From NCBI GenBank assembly GCA_964477205.1, contig CAYZDE010000003.1, forward strand, positions 1 through 41,466: DNA of 41,466 nucleotides, given 5' to 3'. Of the stretch, positions 9,295 through 17,532 are shown in pieces (the first letter of the stretch is position 1; each line of letters opens with the position of its first letter). Under the pieces are notes generated by a model that did no database searches, was not told the origin of the DNA, and worked only from the letters and a program-made list of their open reading frames with translations. A program made the translations under genes and the position numbers. Origin of the DNA: Candidatus Micrarchaeota archaeon (GTDB lineage Archaea > Micrarchaeota > Micrarchaeia > Norongarragalinales > Norongarragalinaceae).

Positions 9295-11592
9295 TTACCA
9301 GGCGCCGAGTCCGGTCTGCTTGCCCCCGTGCTTCAAGTCGAGTTCGCCGTAGCCGAGCGGGCCGATTATCTTCAAGACCGAGGGGAGCACTTGCTTGTTC
9401 ACGTAATAATCCGCGTCGTAATCCTTCGCGCGCTCAAGAACGCGCGCCTTATCCGATATTGACGCGCCTTTCTTGGTTATCACGTACTCTACCATCGCGC
9501 CCTCCGGCACGTCCAAGCCGGCCTTGCGCGCTTCAAGCACTGCGCTCAATTCCGGGCTTTTTATTAAGTACTCGCTCGTCTTCTTGCGCAGTGACGTGAG
9601 CACGGCCAGGTCTTGCAGTTCTACTTTGCCGCCCTTCAAGTCATTGATTATTCCCCGCACGAAGTCGGCTGCCTTAGCCGCGTCGCCTTCTTTTAATAGT
9701 ATTTCGAGTACGCGCTTTTGCGTTCGGCGAGCGATGCGGCTCCAATCGCGGCGAACGAGTTCGAAGCCGCGAATCTTTATTTTTCCGTCGCTTCCCATTA
9801 GCGCGTACTTTTTTTTCGCTCCCTTCCCGCCGGACTTCTTCGACACGAAGATGCCTCGTGGAAAAATGCCTTCCAATTCGAGTTCCATGTTGCCGGGCAG
9901 CTTCGCGTTAACCTTTTCGCGGAACGCTTCGAGGCCAGCTTCCTTGCCCTTCTCGAAAGTGAAGAACAGGCTATCGGTGTCCCCGTATAGCACGTTGAAT
10001 CCTTCCTCTTCCGCTTTTGCAATCGTATCCTTAATGTAATGGCGCGCCCAAGCGGTTATGCTCTCCGCGCATTCCCGCGAGTAATACCTAGAGCGCGCGT
10101 ACGCGGTGTATCCGTAGAAAGAATTCGCGATTATCTTGAGCGCCCACTGGCGCGCGTGCAACCCGGCTTTTTCCCTTCCCTTTGCTTCCTTCTCCGCGTC
10201 TTTAATCTTGAACCGCGTCTTAAGCACTTTGCCGAGCACCTTCGGGATGAGCCCCTTGCGCTTCTTGCAGAAGCGATGGCCGTTCGGTGACTCGAAAGCG
10301 TCTTTACAGCAATCGCAGTTAAGCGTGGTCGGGTCCACGTTATGCGATATGATTATCGTCGGGTAAAGCGAGCGGAAGTCGAACACCGCGATGTTCTCGT
10401 ATACCCCCGGCTCGGGCACCTTTACGAACGCGCCTTCAATCGGGTTTTCGGAGCGCCCCTTAACCTGTGCGTAGCCGGGCTTATTCGGCACTATTTCTCC
10501 TTCGTTGAACGACTCGCGCAATAGCAAGGCCTCAACGTGCTGGCCCGCGGTGCTTCGGCTCGCGTCGAACAGAGTCGAGCCGGTAATGCGCGCTAACTCC
10601 ACTTCCAACGGCATCGCGTACTCACCGAGTTCGAAGCAGGATAGCGCGTCGCCCTTGCAGTACTCGCCGAGTATTGCATCGCCGGCTTTCCATAACTTCC
10701 AGATGTCTTCCTTTTTGACTTCTTGTTTTTCTTTTCCTAGCAGCGACTTGTAAACGTCTTCAAGGCGCAGGCGCTCCAAACGCACGGCGCCGATGTAATT
10801 CAAAAAGAATATTTCGTCGTAAACGTCCAAGTGCACTCGGCCGCCCAGCCTAGCGCGGTTGCGCATGCCCAAGCGCTTAACCTTAACCGCCGAGCGGTCC
10901 CGGCCCAAGTGCATGCGGGCATTAACCTTTTTAGCGCGCTCTTGCAGGTAAGGCAAGTCGAATTCGTCGCCGTTGTAAGTGAAAACAATGTCCGCGCGCT
11001 TCTCCTTCAATAATCCCCCGAGCGCTTCAAGCATTTCCTTTTCAGTGGCGAAGCCGCGCTTTCCGTGCTCTAGCAAGCCGGCGCCCCCTTCGTCTGCGTA
11101 GCCGACCATTAGGCATGGGTCGCGCATTGCGTTTGAAAACCCGCGCTCGTTGTAAGTTTCAATGTCCAAGGAAACGATTTTCGGCTTGAATTCAATTCCG
11201 TCCACGCGCTTGATTTTCTTCACGAATTTTCTTCCCTTGCGCTCTTCAAACTCGACTTCGACCCCGTCGCAAGGCACGAGCCCTTTGTCGATTAAGTAGC
11301 GGCGGTAGAACGGTATCTTGAACTCGAAGCACTGCCCTTTTGATTTCAAGGCCTCGCTAGCGGCCGGCACGTCTCCCGGGGCATTACAGTAAACCTTCCA
11401 CAATCCTTTTTTCTTACCGTGGATTAAGCGCTCAACGCGCTCGCTCTCGAAATCCTTCGGCTTTTCTCCGTCAAAGTAAAAGTAAGGCTTGAAGGAGTCA
11501 TCGTAAAATCGTTCGGTGCGGCCGCTCGACTTAACGATCAGGCGAATAATTTTACCTTTCACCAGGTCTGCGTCCAATAGCGAGCCTTGCAT
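9295..11592 (-). CDS. polB: Family B DNA polymerase (archaeal cellular type, PolB3-like)
   Basis: Exo motifs DIET, YNGDEFD and YCKGD. Pol motifs DFRSLYP, KIIANSFYGY and YGDTDS. PIP-like QTGLGAW. ATG 11592 chosen because the longer start overlaps the divergent gene. Confidence 0.96.
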   Translation of the reverse strand: MQGSLLDADLVKGKIIRLIVKSSGRTERFYDDSFKPYFYFDGEKPKDFESERVERLIHGKKKGLWKVYCNAPGDVPAASEALKSKGQCFEFKIPFYRRYLIDKGLVPCDGVEVEFEERKGRKFVKKIKRVDGIEFKPKIVSLDIETYNERGFSNAMRDPCLMVGYADEGGAGLLEHGKRGFATEKEMLEALGGLLKEKRADIVFTYNGDEFDLPYLQERAKKVNARMHLGRDRSAVKVKRLGMRNRARLGGRVHLDVYDEIFFLNYIGAVRLERLRLEDVYKSLLGKEKQEVKKEDIWKLWKAGDAILGEYCKGDALSCFELGEYAMPLEVELARITGSTLFDASRSTAGQHVEALLLRESFNEGEIVPNKPGYAQVKGRSENPIEGAFVKVPEPGVYENIAVFDFRSLYPTIIISHNVDPTTLNCDCCKDAFESPNGHRFCKKRKGLIPKVLGKVLKTRFKIKDAEKEAKGREKAGLHARQWALKIIANSFYGYTAYARSRYYSRECAESITAWARHYIKDTIAKAEEEGFNVLYGDTDSLFFTFEKGKEAGLEAFREKVNAKLPGNMELELEGIFPRGIFVSKKSGGKGAKKKYALMGSDGKIKIRGFELVRRDWSRIARRTQKRVLEILLKEGDAAKAADFVRGIINDLKGGKVELQDLAVLTSLRKKTSEYLIKSPELSAVLEARKAGLDVPEGAMVEYVITKKGASISDKARVLERAKDYDADYYVNKQVLPSVLKIIGPLGYGELDLKHGGKQTGLGAW

Positions 11593-11620
11593 GAACAACC
11601 TTAATAAGAACTCGAAATAA

Positions 11621-11995
11621 ATGGTTTCGGGTGTTTTAGTGGCCGAAAGAAAATCATCGGAATTGGATTCAATCAAAAACGACGTCCGCTCTCTCTCGTC
11701 GAAAGTAGACTTAATCATACAAAAAATCAATACGATTGAGAAGAACGAGCAAGTACTCGGCCGCACCGTGGTTACCTTGAATGAGAAGCTGAAAGGGCTG
11801 CAGTCGAGCGGCTCGGCTCAAGGGTCGTCAGATTCAGCGTCGTCTGCAGTCAGCGAGGCTGCGTTGGATAAGAAGTACGCGCTCAAGAGCGAGTTGAAAG
11901 AACTCAAGTACACTCTCGACATGATTAATCCTTTGCAATTCGCGACAATAGACCAAGTCAAGGAAATGCTCAAGGACGCTATCGGGAAAGAGTAG
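11621..11995 (+). CDS. Hypothetical coiled-coil protein (124 aa)
   Basis: Heptad-like N-terminal half and Ser-rich linker. Fills the gap between the flanking genes. Confidence 0.7.
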   Translation: MVSGVLVAERKSSELDSIKNDVRSLSSKVDLIIQKINTIEKNEQVLGRTVVTLNEKLKGLQSSGSAQGSSDSASSAVSEAALDKKYALKSELKELKYTLDMINPLQFATIDQVKEMLKDAIGKE

Positions 11996-12743
11996 CGAAA
12001 GCTGAAACCCAGTACGCCTTTTGGAAGCACTGCACTGCGGAAACCGTGAGGATTAATTCTAATAGAGCGAGCGTGCCTACTGCCGCGAATGCAATGCCTT
12101 GCAGTGATACTGCAGTGAAAGCGAGTGCAGCGAATAAGATTAATCCCGCCGCGGCTAGCGCAAGTGTGGCAACGGCCGCTAAGAAGTAATTAATGATTAA
12201 CTCGAAGGGACGCGCAAAGAGAATCGAGACGGACTTATTCAAAGCGTGAATCGTGCCCTTGCCGCTTAGCACGGCCGCGTAAGGCGCGAAAGCGAATGAC
12301 AAGGCGAGGAGCACACTGGCGAGCGAGTCGGCCAAGCTAGTTCCCCAATTGTCAAAAGCCGTAAAGAAGAGTGATACGCTTAATTGAATGGCGAGTGCAA
12401 TAACGGAAACCGCGAGTAGCGACGGGTAAACCCGCGGGATGCGTACGCGCTTCGCCCGCGCAGCCGCCTTGATGACTAGCGCGTCAGCGAACAACGAGGC
12501 TAGAGCGAGCCCGGCGACCCACAATGACAATACGATTGCAGCCGAGGCAATGGTTCCCATCACCGGCAAAAAGTTTCCAGTTGAAATCGCCTTAAGCGCC
12601 GAGTCGAATGCGCTCCCCGCGAAGAATAGTATTCCAAGCAACAAAGCGGAAGTGAATAAAGAGTAAGTTATAATGTACGGCTGCCAGTTAATCGGCTTTG
12701 ACGCAAAAGCTAAAGCTCGCTTTAAATGCAAAAAAAATTGCAT
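11979..12743 (-). CDS. Multi-pass membrane protein of unknown function
   Basis: About 6 hydrophobic Ala/Leu-rich segments. Start abuts the upstream stop codon. Confidence 0.75.
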   Translation of the reverse strand: MQFFLHLKRALAFASKPINWQPYIITYSLFTSALLLGILFFAGSAFDSALKAISTGNFLPVMGTIASAAIVLSLWVAGLALASLFADALVIKAAARAKRVRIPRVYPSLLAVSVIALAIQLSVSLFFTAFDNWGTSLADSLASVLLALSFAFAPYAAVLSGKGTIHALNKSVSILFARPFELIINYFLAAVATLALAAAGLILFAALAFTAVSLQGIAFAAVGTLALLELILTVSAVQCFQKAYWVSAFATLSR

Positions 12744-13270
12744 TACGCCACGCGCCTCTCTCGGCGCTCGAACGCAGCCTGCCTCTTACGCAAGCGCTCT
12801 TCAATGAACGGGTTCGCCTTCAACGGCTCGCGCTTCACTAGAGTCCTAAATCGCTCGGCTTGCCCGGGATTGAATTGAATTATTCGAGAGTGCTCTTCGG
12901 GCATTGCGCGCATTACTCGCGGCGCCCACTCCCTTGGCGAGCGCGCCTTCTCTTGCATTTCTTTCCATCGCTCGACCGCGTGCATGGTTTTCCAGCGGGC
13001 GGTTTCCACGGACTTCGGCTCGCCGACTAACAGACTTGCGGTCGCCCCTATAAGCGGTGTGAAGCGAACCGCACGCTTGAACAAGTTGGACGAACCGCCT
13101 TTAAAGCCGAAAACCTTGAACTCCTTACGGATTGGCTCGAATGCATTCGAGAGCAAACCCCTACTTGACGGCTCGCGCATTTGCGCGTGCGCTTTGTAAG
13201 CTTCCATTATTTTGCCGCGGTCCGGGTGCGGTTGAATCAAAGGCATAATACTTTTTTGGCTTGAACCCAT
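12743..13270 (-). CDS. Hypothetical basic (Arg/Lys-rich) protein
   Basis: 175-aa ORF filling the interval, with a 1-nt overlap with the next gene. No family recognised. Confidence 0.55.
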   Translation of the reverse strand: MGSSQKSIMPLIQPHPDRGKIMEAYKAHAQMREPSSRGLLSNAFEPIRKEFKVFGFKGGSSNLFKRAVRFTPLIGATASLLVGEPKSVETARWKTMHAVERWKEMQEKARSPREWAPRVMRAMPEEHSRIIQFNPGQAERFRTLVKREPLKANPFIEERLRKRQAAFERRERRVA

Positions 13271-13367
13271 TAATAATTGCTTTCAAGGCGTTGGTTGAAG
13301 GTTTTGCAAGGTTTTTTAACCGATTCTAGCCCAATTAAGTTTACCGTATTAATCGGGGGGTTGTACT

Positions 13368-16300
13368 TTGAAAAAAATAATTGTTTTAACCGCGTTCTTA
13401 TTGTTCCTAGCCGCTTTCCACGCTGCTGCCGCAGAACCCGGCGGCCCAGCAACGATTTGTGAACAAGAATGGAATTGTTGGAGCGGAGGAGGTCAAGGCA
13501 ACGGAGTATACTTGTGCACTTGCATTACCCCTGCAGAGGCAGCTGCCGCGGAAGGGGATTGTGGCCTTTTGGTTTCAACGCCTTATTGTGCTTACGACGG
13601 GACCGATTGGCATTACTGTTACGGTCCGGCTTCCGAGTGTGACCTCCCGGTAATCGAATCGTGCTCTGCACAAGGGTACCCTGAAGCTGACTGCCTCACG
13701 GAGAGTGAAGCGGGAACCAGGACTCAAGTAGGGAGCAATCTTTGTGCAGCCGGTAAGAATTGTTACGCGCAGCCTTGGCAGAATTGCAATGCATATAATG
13801 ACTGCGAAACGAGCGGCAGTAATACCGCCGGGTGCTTGTGCATAAACGACTATGACCCGAACACGGGTTACCATGGAGCTTGGGGCAACCAATGTGATTA
13901 TGCCGTCAGTCAAACCCTGCCGTGCAGGATCGGTGAGCCGGATTCAATGTGCGTTGACCCTAATTTGTGGGGTCAATCCGGCAGTACCAGCCCAAACACT
14001 TGCACTTGGTCCATGATTATTGACACTACTCCTTCCCCGCTTATCGGCGCGGGAACCGTGGAGGTTACCGTCAAATACTTCCACTTCGATACTTCAACGT
14101 ACAGTTCCAACCCCGAATTATTCGTTAAGTGTGATGCCGGTGATGCTTGGGGCTCTCGAGGGTCAATTAACAAGAACGACGGAGAAGTAACTTTTGATTG
14201 TGAATACGACGCGGTTACTTCGACGACCACTCACGAAATAGACTACGAGTTCCGCCAGGAAGTACGCTCCGGATTTACGATTGAAGAGTGGAATAACGGA
14301 GTGACCGTTACTCAAGAGCAGGGTTCGGCCAGCCCTTCGCCAAGCGCGACTCCTTCGCCTTCAGTTGGAGTAACCCCCTCACCTTCTGTTGGAGTAACTC
14401 CTTCGCCTTCTGTCGGCGTTACCCCTTCGCCGAGCGTTTCGGTTCAGGCAACTCAAATTCCTTCGCCTAGCCCGTCGATTCAAGCTACCAGCGAGCCGGT
14501 TGAAGGCATTCGCATTACCTATCCCGCGGACTCGAATAGTTACGCTTCCGCTAACGGTATGCTCGACTTGGAGTTCATTGTTCACGACTTCTGGGGCGGC
14601 TCGAATTCCAATTCCAAGACCACTGAAACCGTAGAGTTGACTTGTGACTATGACTTTAATCAAATTGACGCGTATCAGTTGAACCCACAGAAGGGCAGTT
14701 TCACTATTGAATTTTCTTACCCGTCGCCATCGTCGTTCACCCGCCAGAATGAAATCAAGGGATTAACGAACGGCTGGTATGAGATTACCTTGGAGTGCCG
14801 TCGCGAGCCCACCGGGCTATTGGAGCGCGCCATAGCCGCAATCCCGTTCATCGGCAAAACACTCATTAGCGTTCCGACCGCGACCGACACGCGCGACTTT
14901 TATTACTCGCGCCAAGCCGTCGGCTCGACTTGCACTGACTCGGACGGAGATAATATCTTCTTGAAGGGTTACTGCACCGAGACCTCGTTGAGTTCTTCGG
15001 AGTTAGTCAGCGGAGTGGTTAAGCGCGTTGATTACTGCGGCCCGTCTATTTCCAGTGTGTCCTCGTCGGGTTCTACTTTTTCCCCTTCGAATATACTACA
15101 CGAGTACGCTTGTGTTACTCCCGAAAGCGAAATCAAGTCGTCAGCTTCGATTTACGAGGTTTGTGATGATTATCTAGTGGATTGCGAGTACGGTTGCGTT
15201 GACGGCGCTTGCCTTACCGAGCCGGCGCAGAGCCAGACTTGGTGCAGGGACTTCCCGATTTACGTTGAACCAACGCCCAGCCCGCAAGTAACTGCAATAC
15301 CTTCGCCTAGCCCGCAGGCTACTGCCGAGCCAATAGAGTTTGAGAAGAAGACCGAGGAAACCATTGACTTCGAAGGCCACGAGTACCTCGTGTACCAACA
15401 GAGCGCGAATAAGGTTTGGGTGCGTGACACTTCATCCGGTTTGAGCGTTGAGCTTGAGGAGGGTGCGGTTTACGACGTGTTCCTTTACGACGGCTACGAA
15501 GTTCGCTTGGAACTCGTAGGGCAAGCCATGGACGATAACGTGCTCGTGTCAACCATTAAGTTCGCCTTATCTTCAGATGATGTGGCTCCGACGCCGACCA
15601 GTGTTCCAGACGACGCGGAAATGGTAACGATTTGCTTAACGGTTTACCAGCCACAAGACGGGTCAGCGTATTACTCGACTACGGTCCCGCTGCAATACTT
15701 GATTCACCCATTGAACCAGTCGAGCGTTGAAATGGTTCCTCCGGCCGGTTACGAGGAGTGGTCTTGCGGGTATTCTTATGATTCATTCGCATCCAAGATT
15801 TCGATTGTTCCTTACGGAGTAACGCAATCCACTTCATTGGATTTGGCTAGTGGCGAGCACGATGCACGCGTTTACTGCAGCCCGGCCAAGCAAACCTTGC
15901 CCGCGTGGATGCTGGAGTCCGATTTAATCGAATTTGAAGTGCGCGAAGCAGGGTTCTCTGTTTCACTCGACGAGCCGCAGAACGAAACCTATTGGTCGGA
16001 TTCGGTGCCTTGGGAATTCGTAATCAATTGCCCGGTACAATCCTCCATTGGTGACGCATACTTCTGCCAAGGCGAGCTCGACGGTGAGTTCTACGAGCTA
16101 ATCCGCGACAACCAAGTGAATTACTTCTACTGCGGCGTGCCCGTAATCGGTGAATTCGACTTGGCCGGCAATTACGGCCAGCACTACGCTAACGTGCAGT
16201 GCGCTGCAGAGAGCGACCCGACGAACTTCGTGAAGTCGAACGAGGCGTGGTTCTCGAATTACCCTGCGAACGTACCGGTTGTGCTAGAACCGGAGAACAA

Positions 16301-17531
16301 GACTTACTGGTCGGACGCCGTTGACTTGTCGTTCATAGTCGACGGAACCTACGATTATTACGCCTGCTCTTACGGGTTCGATTCGAACGAGTACGCGTTC
16401 CCGCAGAAGGATCCGAATTGCTTGCCGAGCTCCTCTGAGTTGTGTGACCGGCCGATTCAAGATTACTTCCAAGCCGGTGAGGTTTACTCGTTTGACGGGT
16501 TGCTTCAAGTCGAGCCGGGCCAGCACGAAGTGTTCGTTTCTTGCGTTGGCTTGAGCCCGAACGAGGAAGTAGTTCCGAGCAGGTGGCTTGACTCGGAGAC
16601 CGTGTACTTCACCTCGCTTGACGAAGGAATGCCAATACTCTACGAGCCGCAGGACGGTGACGTGTTTTATTACTACGAGACCGAGCCGGGCGCGGAAGTA
16701 ACCGGCGTGTTCGAGGTAGGCGGGTTCCAGAGTAGCTATCCAACCGACCCCGTGCTCTTCGAGTGCTATTACACGCTCAACGGCGTTAACTACAACCTCG
16801 GCACGGTCGAGGGCGCGGTCGACCCGACATTCGACATGCTCTTGACGGAAGGAGAATACGAATTGAACGTGACTTGCGACTTAATAGATTCCACGGAAGC
16901 CCCGATGACTTCGGATACCGTCCAATTCAGCGTGGTCGAGGAGCAAGGCTCTCCGACTCCAACGCCTACTGCAACGCCAACGGCAACGCCTACCGCGTCG
17001 CCTACGGTAACGCCAAGCCCCGGTTCGGGCGGAAGCGGTGGTGGCGGCGGAAGCAGCGGCCCGTGGGGCTCTGGCAGCCAAGGGCCGGGTACGGCTACGC
17101 CGTCGGTTCCTGCATTACCTTCGCCTTCGGGTGCGGGCACGGCTACGCCTCCTGCAACAGGTGACTCGTACTTGAACGTGAACTGCCCGCAAACCGTGAG
17201 CGAGGGATGGAACCAAATGGACGCTTACCTCGTGTTCCAAGGGGACGCTAAGTGCGACCAAGCAATGGATGTGGACGTTACCCACAACGGCTCGGCGGTA
17301 TCCGGAGCCGGCAAGCTTGATTCCTGTTCGTCCGGCAGCCACCAAATTTCATTCAAGGTAAGCGAATTCGGGGACTACGCGGTTAGCGTGACTTCGCCTG
17401 CTTACGGGTTGAGTGGAAACTGCGTGTTCAAGGACGGCGGCCTCATAGCCGAGGAAGTGCCTGACTTACCATTGTTTGCCGCGCTGCTCGTGGCTCTAGC
17501 CGCAGGGTACGCATTATCCAAGAGGAAGTGA
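13368..17531 (+). CDS. Large secreted Cys-rich surface protein (1387 aa) with repeated beta-rich domains and C-terminal anchor
   Basis: Signal peptide MKKIIVLTAFLLFLAAFHAAA. Pro/Ser/Thr linkers and repeated P.N.TY...F...C...G.H...V.C units. C-terminal VPDLP-hydrophobic-KRK tail. Confidence 0.85.
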   Translation: MKKIIVLTAFLLFLAAFHAAAAEPGGPATICEQEWNCWSGGGQGNGVYLCTCITPAEAAAAEGDCGLLVSTPYCAYDGTDWHYCYGPASECDLPVIESCSAQGYPEADCLTESEAGTRTQVGSNLCAAGKNCYAQPWQNCNAYNDCETSGSNTAGCLCINDYDPNTGYHGAWGNQCDYAVSQTLPCRIGEPDSMCVDPNLWGQSGSTSPNTCTWSMIIDTTPSPLIGAGTVEVTVKYFHFDTSTYSSNPELFVKCDAGDAWGSRGSINKNDGEVTFDCEYDAVTSTTTHEIDYEFRQEVRSGFTIEEWNNGVTVTQEQGSASPSPSATPSPSVGVTPSPSVGVTPSPSVGVTPSPSVSVQATQIPSPSPSIQATSEPVEGIRITYPADSNSYASANGMLDLEFIVHDFWGGSNSNSKTTETVELTCDYDFNQIDAYQLNPQKGSFTIEFSYPSPSSFTRQNEIKGLTNGWYEITLECRREPTGLLERAIAAIPFIGKTLISVPTATDTRDFYYSRQAVGSTCTDSDGDNIFLKGYCTETSLSSSELVSGVVKRVDYCGPSISSVSSSGSTFSPSNILHEYACVTPESEIKSSASIYEVCDDYLVDCEYGCVDGACLTEPAQSQTWCRDFPIYVEPTPSPQVTAIPSPSPQATAEPIEFEKKTEETIDFEGHEYLVYQQSANKVWVRDTSSGLSVELEEGAVYDVFLYDGYEVRLELVGQAMDDNVLVSTIKFALSSDDVAPTPTSVPDDAEMVTICLTVYQPQDGSAYYSTTVPLQYLIHPLNQSSVEMVPPAGYEEWSCGYSYDSFASKISIVPYGVTQSTSLDLASGEHDARVYCSPAKQTLPAWMLESDLIEFEVREAGFSVSLDEPQNETYWSDSVPWEFVINCPVQSSIGDAYFCQGELDGEFYELIRDNQVNYFYCGVPVIGEFDLAGNYGQHYANVQCAAESDPTNFVKSNEAWFSNYPANVPVVLEPENKTYWSDAVDLSFIVDGTYDYYACSYGFDSNEYAFPQKDPNCLPSSSELCDRPIQDYFQAGEVYSFDGLLQVEPGQHEVFVSCVGLSPNEEVVPSRWLDSETVYFTSLDEGMPILYEPQDGDVFYYYETEPGAEVTGVFEVGGFQSSYPTDPVLFECYYTLNGVNYNLGTVEGAVDPTFDMLLTEGEYELNVTCDLIDSTEAPMTSDTVQFSVVEEQGSPTPTPTATPTATPTASPTVTPSPGSGGSGGGGGSSGPWGSGSQGPGTATPSVPALPSPSGAGTATPPATGDSYLNVNCPQTVSEGWNQMDAYLVFQGDAKCDQAMDVDVTHNGSAVSGAGKLDSCSSGSHQISFKVSEFGDYAVSVTSPAYGLSGNCVFKDGGLIAEEVPDLPLFAALLVALAAGYALSKRK
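14349..14444 (+). repeat. Four imperfect 24-bp coding tandem repeats (TPSPSVGV x3 + TPSPSVSV)
   Basis: act cct tcg cct tca gtt gga gta and variants. Differences are mostly synonymous. Confidence 0.9.
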
Positions 17532-17532
17532 A

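Noticed and set aside
9295-11592. PolB as marker of a casposon, provirus or other mobile element
   Set aside because: Cellular-type PolB with a PIP-like tail among housekeeping genes. No Cas1, integrase, capsid or terminal repeats seen.
14349-14444. CRISPR-like array
   Set aside because: No spacers. The repeats are in-frame, synonymously diverged Pro/Ser linker codons.
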